DNA from: Octopus sinensis
Taxonomy: Eukaryota
Reading direction: 5' to 3'
Length of the DNA stretch: 64,000 bases
NCBI RefSeq assembly: GCF_006345805.1
Contig: NC_042999.1
Coordinates: 25,730,001-25,794,000 of the forward strand
Shown in pieces: positions 1 to 12,513 of the stretch (position 1 is the stretch's first letter; each line of letters opens with the position of its first letter). The translations under genes and the position numbers were made by a program. The notes under the pieces were generated by a model that worked only from the letters and a program-made list of their open reading frames with translations, was not told the DNA's origin and searched no databases.

Positions 1-225
1 GTAGCCAGCTTCTGGAATCTTTCGAGATGCTGTATGTCTTTGAGGAGATAAGGAGAAGAGGCTTGAATCCCATACTCCAGTATGGGTCTCACCAGCGTGA
101 CATAGAGTGGTAGGAATATGGCTGCTGTGAGCATTCCGAATGACCGTCGAATCAAGAACAGAATTCCGCGTGCTTTGTTGGCAGCATGGACGCACTGGGC
201 CGAAGGCGAAAAGGAGGAATCCACA
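1..225 (-). mobile_element. CR1-group LINE ORF2 fragment (post-RT region), truncated by the window edge
   Basis: Minus strand reads VDSSFSPSAQCVHAANKARGILFLIRRSFGMLTAAIFLPLYVTLVRPILEYGIQASSPYLLKDIQHLERFQKLAT, matching the CR1/L2-type LY..LVRP.LEY motif. Confidence 0.85.
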
Positions 226-413
226 CGTGGTCGCTGATGGTGGAAGTGCTGGTTTTAACACGGGAACAATATTTCAATACAACTCTTTCAGTATGTCATT
301 TCATCTCCCTTGTTTCCCAAATTTATCGACGCCATACCTTTTAAATTTTTACAGGAATTGAACAAACGTCTCGGAAACATTTCTCAAATTGTTTATCAAC
401 ATCATTATTATTG

Positions 414-465
<52 letters not shown>

Positions 466-660
466 CATTATTTCTACCTCGTTCTCCAGCACGCATCTGT
501 AACGTATTCTTTCATCCTGACGCTTGTATTCTGAACAGTGCTGTAGAGTGTCCCTTATTTCAACAATATGTTCCCATGGGTGGTTTCATTCCTCAACCAA
601 ATAAAGCACTCATGGAAAGTTTATAAAGGAGACGATTCTCATATTCTTGTTCTAGTTGAA

Positions 661-750
661 GGCGGCGTGATGGCTGACACGTTAGCAAGCCGTCTGTCTT
701 TACGTTCTGAGTTCGAACTCCACCGATGTTGACTTTGTCTTTCATCCTTT
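661..750 (+). mobile_element. tRNA-derived SINE family A, 5' fragment
   Basis: ggcggcgtgatggctgacacgttagc...gagttcgaactccaccgatgttgactttgtctttcatccttt matches the full copy at 60298-60522. Confidence 0.7.
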
Positions 751-898
751 AAATTAAATTAAAAAACCAGCAACTTTGTCACAGTGTTTGAGGTTAAAAT
801 AAAAATATAACTATTTTATAATGCAAACTTCATCTTGAATCGCAATGCGAGAAGCAATTTCCAGGAGTTTCAATAAAGAAATAGTAATGATGATGATA

Positions 899-1075
899 AG
901 GACAGGATCTGATATGTTTGGGGAAGGGACAAGTCCATTACATCGAACCAGCGCTCAACCGGTACTTATTTTAAGTCCAGTGGGTGATAAGCAAAGGTGA
1001 CCGCGGCGATATTTGAACTCAGAACGTAAAGAGCGGGAAGAAACGCCGTTAAGCATTTCCCCTAACATTCCGCCT
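899..1075 (-). mobile_element. tRNA-derived SINE family A, degraded
   Basis: Reverse complement contains tacgttctgagttcaaat...aaaataagtacc...tcgatgtaatggactt, as in the other family A copies. Confidence 0.65.
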
Positions 1076-1166
1076 GCTGGTTGACTTAAGAATAATAATA
1101 ATAATGATGATGTTGATGGTGATGATAATGAAAATAATGATGATGATGATATTGATGATGATGATG

Positions 1167-1570
1167 ATTTCTTTGTTAACGACTAAAGGGGTTTAATGTA
1201 AATCGAGGATAGTACAAGACGATGGTGTACGGTATAAAATGATATAATATAATGTGGGGATACCAGGTTACATGAAGGCGTGTAAACAGGAAACATTAGG
1301 GCATGTAAACAAGAACAATAACAAAAGAAGAAACAAAACTTCAAAGCAGAAAACTTCCCGAAAATGTCTTCTACTGAGAGGCAAAAAAAACCCCAAAAAA
1401 CCTTCAAAATTACCCTGAGAATTTGAGTCAGTGATGTGTCCTCATCTGCCATTCTCACTCTATAGGCGCATAGTTAGAGCAGGTTCGTTCACTCGGACCA
1501 TCCACACCACATTTACCTATCTTTCAACGAATCTGTTTGCAAGGTGGCACTTCCCTCTCCACCTGTATAT
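1167..1570 (-). mobile_element. L1-Tx1-like LINE 3' fragment, degraded
   Basis: Remnant QVEREV... resembles RVERQVL...WVNVARM of the 56.3-kb copy; it ends in ...caaagaaat next to a (GAT)n tract. Confidence 0.5.
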
Positions 1571-1593
1571 TTCTTCTCACTAATGCAATAGTA

Positions 1594-2865
1594 TCAGGTT
1601 GAATAAAAAGTAAGCAGCGTTTTGAACCATGAAGAATTTATATTGGATTTTAAAAAAAATATTTAATTTTTCTTGCAGTTGTCTGATAATACAGACATAG
1701 ACTTGCGCAAATGCATCAATAAATTAGCAGTGATATATTTTCCACTGTAGTTAAAATCACCTGAAATAAAACTGTCAAAGAGCGATATTCAAGCAATTTT
1801 GCCATTCAACTTCAAAAATGGATGTAAATCAACTGAAACTGCTCGCGATATCAACGAAATGTTTGGTGAGGAAACGGCTAGTGAGTGATCAACTTGAAGA
1901 TGGTTTAAACGGTTTCGCAGTAGAGACCTGGGCCTTGAAGGTCATGAGTGTAGGGGACGCCAATCTGTTATCGATGATGGTCAATTAAACACCATCATTG
2001 AGAAAGATCCACGTAAACCCACTCGAGAACTAGCAAAAGAACTTCAAGTTAGCCAGAAAACCGTCTGCAACCATTTGCATGTGATCGGAAAATTAAAAAA
2101 GCTCAACAAATGGTTACCACACGATTTGAATGAAATTCAGAAAAACCGCAGATATGAAATTTGGTCGTCACTTCTACGTTACCAGGCCGATCCGTTTCTC
2201 GACCGTATGGTAACTTGCAATGAAAAGTGGATTCTGTACAATGATAAAAAAAAAAACGTTCTTCGCAGGAGTTGGTCCACAATGAAGCACCGAAAACCTT
2301 CCCTCAACCGGAGCTCTTCAAAAGGAAGTTTATGGTGACTGGTGGTTTACTGCTGGACTCATCCACTATAATTTCTTAAAACCAGGAAAAACCATTACTG
2401 CAGAAACATATTGCCAGGAAATTGCCAAAATGAATGAAAAACTGCTACTTCTGCGTTCCAGAATGGTCAACAAAATAGGGCCAATCATTCTTCATGACAA
2501 TGCTTCAACACACGTTTCACTAATGCCGCTCCAGAAGTTGACGGACTTTGGCTACGAAGTTCTTCGCCATCCAGCTTATTCCCCAGACCTTTCTCCTACC
2601 GACTATCTCTTTTTCAAGCACCTTGATGATTTCGCGCGGAAGAAGGAGTTCAAAAATCAAACCGATGCTGAAAGTGTGTTCAAAGAATTCATCAGCTCCA
2701 GAACTCCAGATTTTTACATTACCGGAATAAACAAACTTGTAACTCGTTGGTAAAAATATGTTCATTGCAATGATAATTAATTTGATAAATAAAATTTCCG
2801 TATTGCTGAAATATATTCTGATGAATTTCATGATTCAAAACGTGGCTTACTTTTAGTCAGCCTTA
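1594..2865 (+). mobile_element. Full-length defective mariner (DD34D) transposon
   Basis: Imperfect TIRs tcaggttgaataaaaagtaagcagcgttttgaaccatgaa and ttcatgattcaaaacgtggcttacttttagtcagcctta, with TA on both sides (1592-93, 2866-67). Transposase motifs WLPHDL, VTCNEKW, HDNA and YSPDLSPTDY are split by stops and frameshifts (ORFs 2075-2338, 2430-2753). Confidence 0.95.
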
Positions 2866-3225
2866 TATCTTTTCAAGATGCATCAAATTATAAATTTCGA
2901 AAACAATAAAATTCATATATTTCAGACGCATTTTGGAATCTTCACTTTAGTAAAATTGCAAAATCGATAATTTAAACGGCTTTCATTTCCAAACATGATT
3001 GATTCATTATTGATTCAATGGTGTAAATCAAACAAGCGTTCAGTAAAACACAAAGGACAGGAAAATGTTAAGTAGATTTCCATAATCTTTTTCAAATATC
3101 AGCTTGTCAATAACACGCTGATAAATAAAACATACCCTTCTATAGGTTATCTTTGTAAACACTTATAACTAATTATTAACTAAACCAATGATTTGTCACC
3201 ATTATTACTATTATTGTTAATATTA

Positions 3226-3420
3226 GTCGGTGAGCGAGCTGTCAGAATCGTTAGGGCGCTTGACGGAATGTTTAGTGGCATTTCGCCCGTTCTACGTTCT
3301 TAGTTCAAATTCCACCTTAGTCGACTACGCCTTTCATCCTTTCGGGGTGAAACACTGGAATCGAAGTAGTCGACTCATTCACTCCCCCAAAATGGCTGCC
3401 CTTGAGGCAAAGTTTGAAAC
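3226..3420 (+). mobile_element. tRNA-derived SINE family A
   Basis: gagctgtcagaatcgttag...tagttcaaattccacc...gcctttcatcctttcgggg. Confidence 0.75.
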
Positions 3421-3425
3421 TATTA

Positions 3426-3471
<46 letters not shown>

Positions 3472-3521
3472 CATTATTATTATTATTATTATTATTATCA
3501 TTATTATTATTATCATTATTC

Positions 3522-3715
3522 AGGCGGTAAGCTGGTAGAATCCCTAGCACGCTGCACGAAATGCTTAGCGGTATTTCGCCACTCACTACATCTGAGTTCA
3601 AATTTAGCCGAGGTCGACTTTACCTTTCTTCCTTGGGGGAGGGTGTCAATCAAATAAGTATGAGTTGAACATCCGTGTAGATATAATTGATTCATTTACA
3701 CCTCTCCCAAGCTTG
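3522..3715 (+). mobile_element. tRNA-derived SINE family A
   Basis: ggcggtaagctggtagaatc...gagttcaaatttagccgaggtcgactttacctttc; separated from the previous copy by (ATT)n. Confidence 0.7.
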
Positions 3716-4127
3716 CGGAAAAAAAATTGAGATAATAATCAGTCGTTAAAGGTTAATATGTCACTATCCTCTGGGATTTTTCTGTCAAAACTGACAGAAC
3801 GATCCAGGCTTTCAGTCATACTGGTTATACTCCACAGGACACCGGATGTGTTTCGGCAAGTGACTAACAAACGTGCAGATTAAAAGTAATAAAAAATTAC
3901 AATACTCATTAAAAGTGCTGGACGATATCCGAGTAAGTACATATTGGACTATATCCGATTAAGTACACATCATAAACACGTCAGTACGTAAACTAATTAA
4001 TTATGTATACACCCTAGTTTTATATGAACACATTTTGATAACGACAAAGACTAGTCATTATTGATTACAACAACATTAAACAGATATATATATATATGTA
4101 TATTATATATATATATATATAATATAT

Positions 4128-4210
<83 letters not shown>

Positions 4211-4439
4211 CTTTCTATTCTTTCATTCTTTCCTTCTTTCTATCAGCCCTTTCACGCTTGCTTCGTTCATTTCACTGTTTGTTCTTTCGTTTCCCCTCTC
4301 TCACATTTCCTGGCCTTCTCTTCATGCTCACTCTCCCTCCTCTTTCACCCCATTGTCCCTTTCATTTTTTCTAACCCCCCTCCTTAATTCTTCTATCCCC
4401 CCGCTTCTACCTCTCTCTCTTCTGTCCCCACGTGACTGG

Positions 4440-4660
4440 TGTTCGGCCAAACCTGACATTTCTTTCTTGATTCGACTGGAGCAATCTCGAGGATTACTAG
4501 CCGAAAGTGCAAAGATAATCTGGAAATCGACTGAGAATAGATAACTGCGAATGACCCGTCCTTGTTTTCTCTGTATTGTCTGGATGTTTTGCGATCTTGT
4601 CCCATTTTTGTATTTTTTATATAAAAAATATAGCGGTGTACGTTCACTTTGGTCTCTTAT
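4440..4660 (+). repeat. Interspersed repeat abutting (TA)n, probably Penelope-terminus derived (family P1)
   Basis: Shares ggagcaatctc...agccgaaa...gataatctgg...gactga...cgaatgacccgtcc...cttgtccca with 13395-13675 (+) and 35893-36225 (-). The Penelope origin is an inference. Confidence 0.6.
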
Positions 4661-4679
4661 ATATATATATATATACATA

Positions 4680-4737
<58 letters not shown>

Positions 4738-4744
4738 ATATATA

Positions 4745-4809
<65 letters not shown>

Positions 4810-4823
4810 ATATAATACATATA

Positions 4824-4883
<60 letters not shown>

Positions 4884-5099
4884 CGGCATTAAACAAATAT
4901 ATATATTCCACGGTAAAAATAGGGCTGAATATTAATTTATTTTTTCTTTGTCTTGTTTGACTACGTTTAATTGTTTATTATTATAAAAGCGGTCTACCCT
5001 AGTAGATAACACAAAACTCATGCCAGATCAGAGGAAATTTTAACAATGATAAATTGTAAAAATGAAAATAATAATATCAGTGATGATAATAATAATAAT

Positions 5100-5440
5100 T
5101 CGTTCGTTTATTGGCGACAAGGGCTAACAAAAATGAATTAAAACATAAAGGGACGAAAGTTACAAAGGGTTTTGTCCGTTTGAAAAAGTCCGTGTAGAAA
5201 AGCAGGATAACAACGAAATATAAGTAACAATTAAAACTCCCAAGAGGGGGAGGCGATTCGAAAGTTTACTCATGGAAAAACCCATAAAAGCCACAGGAGC
5301 CTGGTCAAAAGGCGGGTAGAGAGCCCCTTTCTCCTTTTATATTTCCTTTTAATTTTCACAGGTGTATCCTCAGAATTGGTCCGTTCATACTGGCCATTCT
5401 TGCGACATTCACCCACATTTTAATAAACTTGCTACCAAAT
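5100..5440 (-). mobile_element. L1-Tx1-like LINE 3' end (ORF2 C-terminus plus 3' UTR)
   Basis: KFIKMWVNVARMASMNGPILRIHL* is homologous to FKKRWVNVARMARMNDEATLSIVL* at 56.8 kb; the tail is ttagcccttgtcgccaataaacgaac. Confidence 0.8.
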
Positions 5441-5964
5441 AATGAAAGAAGGCGTTTGGAATCCTTCCATGTCCTGATCGATGATACATCTAGTGATGGT
5501 GTCTCGGTGTAAACGCTGGCAATTGAGTAACCTGATAAATGCCACCTCATATGAATGACAATGATAAAACAGAATATTGTGAATAAGAGTGGTAATGAAA
5601 CTAAAGCCCTTGCTGGGGACAGTGTTGCACTCGGCAGGCTCAGAGATACTGGTCCGATTCCAGCCTGTCGTTATCGAGCAATGAACTAGCACACAAGGTG
5701 TAGATGGAAGAAACAAGTCAATGCTGTAGTCATGGACTGTTATTACCTGAACAATCGCGTAAACGAAAATGGTTCTCCTGTAACAGGAGGGCCTCATCTC
5801 TATTATCCTCCCCGCCATTTTTTAAAACCTTTGTATTCTATGCATATGTCCCTTTTTTTCAGTGCATACCGTGTACACTTAGATAACTTAGATATGTTTC
5901 GACCAAAGATTGATCCAGGCCATGTTTAACTTAATAGCACCATCTGATAGGATTATTCGAATCC

Positions 5965-6240
5965 TGTTTAAGTCAAGTTTTGTTTAAGTCAAGTTTTGTT
6001 CAAGTAGTGAGTTCTTGTTGGGTGAGTTGTATCCAATTATGGGTGGCTTATCTGGTATTCTTTGAAGGAATCTATCCAGACTCCGTTTAAAGTTGATGGG
6101 ATCCTTTTCCTCTTTGATCTCCCTCGGGACAATGTTAAATAGGGCAGGGCCTGTTATCTTTCCATTATTATGTGTAGACCCCAACACTTTATGTCTGTCT
6201 CTGTATTGTCCCCCCTCATCCTTCGCCCTTGTGGCAAATA
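5965..6240 (-). mobile_element. CR1/L2-group LINE ORF2 C-terminal fragment
   Basis: GPALFNIVPREIKEEKDPINFKRSLDRFLQRIPDKP fits the N.LP..i......FK..LD.fL..iPD.P end motif. Confidence 0.75.
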
Positions 6241-6278
6241 CATTATTATTGTTATTATTATTATTATTGTTATTGTTA

Positions 6279-6309
<31 letters not shown>

Positions 6310-6364
6310 CATTATTATATTATTATTATTATTATTATTATTATCATCATTATTATTATTATTA

Positions 6365-6404
<40 letters not shown>

Positions 6405-6435
6405 CATCATTATTATTATTATATTATTATTATTA

Positions 6436-6489
<54 letters not shown>

Positions 6490-6492
<3 letters not shown>

Positions 6493-6863
6493 TAGTTTTA
6501 TTTTTATAGCGTGCTTTCACTTCACTACCGCGCAGCTCTGTGTGCCTTGGGTATGTGCTGTGATTTGTTGTGATGCTCTGATGGTTATTGTATGGAAAGT
6601 GTTCTGCGTAGGATGTGTGCAGTGCCTAGTAGTGCAATTTTCTGTATGTTATATGTGTTTGTAAGTCCTGGTGTTTTTGTTATGTATTTGTCTGAATATT
6701 TTTTTATCATGCCTAATGCACCTACTATGATAGGAATTGTTTCTGTTTTCAGGTTCCACATTCTAGTTATCTCTATTTCCAGGTCTTTGTATTTTGAGAG
6801 TTTCTCCATTTCTTTTAGAGACACGTTGTCATCTGCCGGTATTGATACATCAATTAGAAAGCA

Positions 6864-6866
<3 letters not shown>
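6490..6866 (-). mobile_element. R4/Dong-clade retrotransposon 3' end (restriction-like endonuclease), embedded in (TAA)n
   Basis: CFLIDVSIPADDNVSLKEMEKLSKYKDLEIEITRMWNLKTETIPIIVGALGMI...QKIALLGTAHILRRTL; (ATT)n on both sides. Confidence 0.9.
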
Positions 6867-6907
<41 letters not shown>

Positions 6908-7185
6908 TATTATTATACAGTCTATATCTGCGCATATTTGTTCGAGGTATTCTTCCATCTGTGTATGTGTCGCTGCATATATGCGTTTGGTTTCTGCTAA
7001 TACAGAGCAATATAACAACGTAATCCTGGTGGTTACTGACAAAAGCTTGTCTACGACTACAAATTGTAAACTTTTTTCATTCACCTCCCCAAAGTTGTGT
7101 GCGGTCTATAAGGCGTTCCTCTTTGTTCCTTAAGGAGAACGAAAAGTAATGGGCCAATTTCGTCAAAATCCTAATCAAAGATTGC

Positions 7186-7611
7186 GGATCTTTTCGGTTT
7201 GAACGGCAGTTTTTTCTAGCGGTGTCATATGAAATTGTCACACATAATTATGACCATATATCGATCTATTGCATTTCGATCTATTTTAGTGTTAGGGTTA
7301 GTTAGGGTTAGGGGTGGGGGAAGGGTATTCTTTTTTCTTCAGAAATGTAAATAAACCCAATCTGTTTCTTAAACGAGGGACATATTCATACGGCACAGAA
7401 TGCTTTTTAACTCAATAGACGTTACTGATTGGTTGAAATTTCAGAAATTGAAGAAAAAACAACAACAAATATCTTACAAACTATTGAATTTTCTCAATAA
7501 AGCCAAAAGAAAAAGGTGTTTTATAAATACATTCTACCAGTACACGAAGTTTAAAATTTTTTAGTTACCTAGAAATTATGGTAAAAACTGCCGTTCAAAC
7601 CGAAAAGATCC
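7186..7611. mobile_element. Non-autonomous DNA transposon (MITE), Merlin-like
   Basis: Perfect 29-bp TIR GGATCTTTTCGGTTTGAACGGCAGTTTTT and 8-bp TSD aagattgc (7178-85, 7612-19). GG termini with an 8-bp TSD fit Merlin (inference). Internal gttagggttagttagggttagggg. Confidence 0.85.
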
Positions 7612-8182
7612 AAGATTGCCTTCCTTGGATTTCCCCAAGATTTCCTCTGCTTTTGTTATTCTTAGTGTTGATGTGGCTGTTTATGTTGTTATTACTGATC
7701 TAGTTACTGTTTTGTCGTCAGTTGTAGCTGCTTCTGTTTTCGTTGTCTGTTGTTTTTGTTGCCAAGAATCCACGCTCGCCGGACAAGATTATTGACATTT
7801 GTTCCAGCTTTGTCTTGTGAGTTCAAATGCCGCCAAGGTGGATTTTTAAAAATTCTTCCTCATTTGATAATAAAATAAGATATCACTCAAGTCTTGAAGT
7901 CGATATAATCGATTAACGCTTCCCTTAATTTCAGACCTTGTTGCTACATTAGAAAGAAAAAATATTATTATTACTGAAGTAATAATAATATGAAGTATGT
8001 ACGAGTCGTCGTGAATATTTGTACGCGTTTATGAGTGAGAGATCGTGATAGAGAAAAAGACGTAGATAGATAAACAGACAGATAAATAGATGGATATATA
8101 TATATACATACACACACGCATATATACATATATGCATATAAAAAATATATGCATGCATGTAAGTATGTATGTATGTATATAT

Positions 8183-8679
8183 GACCAGTTTAGAAATAGG
8201 AGATAAATTCCTAATACAACCGCTGGAAGGCACCAGTTAACAGCTAAATAATTAAGACATTAAAAAATATATCTTTAAATAATTTGGCATTCAAATACTC
8301 ATATGCCAGAGAACCGGGTTCTGGCCCGAAGGGCCACAACTTTCTTCGCTATGAATCACTGGAAAAAATTCGAAGTCCATTATGTTATATATCTGCCATC
8401 GAATGTCTTTGCTCATATATAACCGGCTTGGCGCAATACAAGCCATAACACTGGCGAACTTAAAATTTTTGCCAGTGACTCATACTGAAGAAAGTTCAGG
8501 CACGAAGGGCCTGAACCCGAAACAATGGTATATGATTATTTGAATTGCATATTCTTTAAAAGTATGTTTTTTAAACGTCTTAATTCTTTAGCCGTTTATT
8601 CGCTTACAGGTTTTTTTTCTGTTAATTTGTGCCTTGCAGCGGTTGAATTAGGTGTTCGGCTCCTATTTTGAAACAGGTC
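8183..8679. mobile_element. Imperfect palindromic (fold-back) element, superfamily uncertain, possibly Crypton-type
   Basis: Left end gaccagtttagaaataggag... pairs with right end ...ctcctattttgaaacaggtc. The arms stay alignable for about 200 bp with frequent mismatches. No TSD seen. Confidence 0.75.
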
Positions 8680-8862
8680 GATGCTTTTCCCGCATTCTCA
8701 TGCCTTGGGCTAACTTTAAATTTTATAGCTATATAATGATATTAGACCTGTTTAACCGCGTGTGTTAGTGCTGTTAATATTATCAATTAATAATATTCAC
8801 CGCAGATGATATTATCAATAGTAAATTCTTACTTTGAGTGTAAACAATCGAATGTTTTTGCC

Positions 8863-8908
<46 letters not shown>

Positions 8909-10573
8909 GAGAAAGAGAGAGAGAACTAGAAATCACTTTTTGTGTGAGAAAGTTTGTGGCCTTGTATATCTGCCATTAAGCCTAATTTTAATCAAAATTG
9001 TCGGTGTAACCCACACTTCGCACCGTCCTTCAACTTCGTAAGGAAGACCGTTCCACCGTAGAGAAAGTTGCTTATGCCTGTGTGGCTATTTTCTCTTAAA
9101 CAGACGGTTTACACCTGTAGCTACGAATGGAAATAATCAAAACGACGTATGAGACAGCTTGCTTAAGTAATGTATTTTTAAAGATTTCTTTCATTTTGTG
9201 ACTGTCAATGTTGTAGCCATGGGTGATTTGAGGATCTCTAATATTTGTAGGTGGAATAGAATTATCTTCAGATTGTGTTCCTATAACTGAGTGTCCTAGC
9301 TAAAAGCACATCACAAGCTGTGATGTGGTGTCAAATCGAATGACAAATTAAGTATACAAACAAAAATACAAACGACTTCCAGAATCGTCATTCAAATACT
9401 TTCTGTCCAGGAAATTTTGCTCAAACGAGACTAAGCTACGACAGATAACGCATACCTGGAGAGTTGTATAGAGTGATCTAATTTAAAACATCATATTTTC
9501 GTAGCGAATTTCTCAGCATCACACCGATGTCCCAATGAATAAAACAAGACAATATAGAACATCTTTACTACTAACATTTCTCTCGTGGTTATAACAAGAA
9601 TTCCTTTTATTGATGTAATAATGTCTACACTTAGTTAGATTTCTCTTTCATACTGTTACAGCTAAAGATGTCGAAATTCCGATATTGTGCGGGAAACAAG
9701 AAACCTGTAACTTTTTAATGTTTTGACAGACAGACGATGATCTATATGGATCCATATTATTTCTTTCTAGTCAAACAATAGAGTTTTCGATTGTTAGCTT
9801 TAGGCAACAAATAAGTATAAATACAGAAATATATAAACAACATATTTCTTAAGTTCTTTGCGACCACTCACTATTTCGATAAACCAGACCAATCTGTTTA
9901 TCGATAGGAACCTAGAGAAGTATATATTTCAAACAAATACCATTCTTAACAATATAGAAGGAAGATAGTGCTACATTTTAACGTAAATTAGAATGGTTCT
10001 ATATAGACGACGCTTCAAAAGAAGGACCTCATTCTGAGATAAAGATAGTTTTAAAATAAGATATTTAAGAAATGTAAAGTTCTATATGTTTACAGTTAAA
10101 GCAAGAAATATGTAGTGTAGTTATATATATGCGTGTAAGTCATATAAAGATTTATCAGTTTCCTCGTGTATATGTATTAAAGCACATATGTATAAATGCA
10201 TGTGCATCGTACAAAGAATGAATCGATTATAAATATTTATGAAAGCCCGAGATGTACAGTAGCTAATATCACAGAAATATATACAAGCATTTATGTAAGT
10301 AGTATGCTTTGTCAACAAACGAGATCATAAAAGATGTAATGGCGGCCAGAAGTATCAAAGATAGTATATCGATGAGAGAAAAACAAAACAAACAGGATCA
10401 AACGCAAGCACAAATACATACACATACATACGTACATACAATCATACATATATACATACACATACCCATCCATCCATCCATCCATCCATCCATCCATCCA
10501 TCCATACATAATACATACATACATATATTTATATATATTATATATGTATATATATTTACATATATCATGAATT

Positions 10574-10650
<77 letters not shown>

Positions 10651-10941
10651 CATATATATAATATATATATATAGATATATATATATATATTATATATACA
10701 TATATATATATATCGGTATTTGCGTCGTTTTTAAGCGTCTATGTGAGCGTGTTTCTCGATACTTATTTGGTGTATATGTCTGTGTGTCTATACATGCACA
10801 CACAAAGACACACACACAAATAAACACACACAAACAAGCACACACACACATGTATAAATACAGAAATGTAACAAAACCTACCAAAACTTGAAACTCCTAA
10901 TGATATTTGTATATAAATGTGTGTATATATATATGTATATA

Positions 10942-12513
10942 TAAAATAAATTACTTTGCCACATACTGAACTCATTAGAAATAGCAGCTAAAGAAATTTC
11001 TTCAGCTATTTCTAATACTTAAAGAAGATCTCTCTCAGATAGTGTTTGCCTAAACTAACTCACAAAAGTATGGGGGAAAAAACATTAAAAAATCAAGTGC
11101 AAAGGTTATTTGAGAACGTACGTTTCTAGATTAGTCAATTCGACATTTCTTTCTTCAGCTCAGAATTCCTTGAATCGGATTTGGGAACACTGAAAGTCGG
11201 GAGCATACCCTTTCGGCTTCTAATCACCTCTAGAATTCTGCTCGCTAATGAGTTCAGTATGTGGCAAAGTAATTTATTTTACTAAGCCCTTATATATAAT
11301 GTAATATTTTGAATTCGCCTATAATGGTCCCTTTACATACTGAATACTTGGTGAAATTGATTAATAATTAATTAATTTTACCCTCAATTGTTGAAATTAT
11401 AATTCATCTTTCTCTGTAAAATGCTGCGGTTTTCACCGTTAATACATGGTGTTTGTCAATTTTAACCCACGCTGGTGGAAAGGGGAGAGCAGAAATTCTT
11501 CGCTTGCATATTCGAATTTGATAGCACTTTTAGTTCGAGCAGAATTCTAGAGGTGATTAGAAGCCGAAAGGGTATGCTCCCGACTTTCAGTGTTCCCAAA
11601 TCCGATTCAAGGAATTCTGAGCTGAAGAAAGAAATGTCGAATTGACTAATCTAGAAACGTACGTTCTCAAATAACCTTTGCACTTGATTTTTTAATGTTT
11701 TTTCCCCCCATACTTTTGTGAGTTAGTTTAGGCAAACGCTATCTGAGAGAGATCTTCTTTAAGTATTAGAAATATCTGAAGAAATTTCTTTAGCTGCTAT
11801 TTCTAATGAGTTCAGTATGTGGCAAAGTAATTTATTTTACTAAGCCCTTATATATAATGTAATATTTTGAATTCGCCTATAATGGTCCCTTTACATACTG
11901 AATACTTGGTGAAATTGATTAATAATTAATTAATTTTACCCTCAATTGTTGAAATTATAATTCATCTATCTCTGTAAAATGCTGCGGTTTTCACCGTTAA
12001 TACATGGTGTTTGTCAATTTTAACCCACGCTGGTGGAAAGGGGAGAGCAGAAATTCTTCGCTTGCATATTCGAATTTGATAGCACTTTTAGTTCGAGCAG
12101 AATCCTAGAGGTGATTAGAAGCCGAAAGGGTATGCTCCCGACTTTCAGTGTTCCCAAATCCGATTCAAGGAATTCTGAGCTGAAGAAAGAAATGTCGAAT
12201 TGACTAATCTAGAAACGTACGTTCTCAAATAACCTTTGCACTTGATTTTTTAATGTTTTTTCCCCCATACTTTTGTGAGTTAGTTTAGGCAAACACTATC
12301 TGAGAGAGATCTTCTTTAAGTATTAGAAATAGCTGAAGAAATTTCTTTAGCTGCTATTTCTAATGAGTTCAGTATGTGGCAAAGTAATTTATTTTACTAA
12401 GCCCTTATATATAATGTAATATTTTGAATTCGCCTATAAGGGTCCCTTTACATACTGAATACTTGGTGAATTGATTAATAATTAATTAATTTTACCCTCA
12501 ATTGTTGAAATTA
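10942..12513. repeat. Inverted partial copy plus tandem array of a 558/557-bp unit (Penelope pLTR or retrozyme-like)
   Basis: Unit starts ctaatgagttcagtatgtgg at 11245, 11803 and 12360 (third copy partial). 10942-11244 is the reverse complement of about 300 bp spanning the unit junction. Copies are nearly identical and flanked by TA-rich microsatellite. Confidence 0.95.
11618..11669 (+). ncRNA. Minimal type I hammerhead-ribozyme-like motif (also at 12176-12227 + and 11111-11162 -)
   Basis: TGAG-CTGAAGA-[weak stem II]-GAAA-CGTACG-TT-CTCA: stem I TGAG/CTCA, core CUGANGA...GAAA, palindromic stem III ACGTACGT, predicted GUU cleavage site. Stem II is imperfect, with an A.A first pair. Confidence 0.55.

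Noticed and set aside
5440-5930. Moderate-GC stretch with several short ORFs
   Set aside because: No motif or consistent frame; it lies between LINE fragments and is probably decayed repeat.
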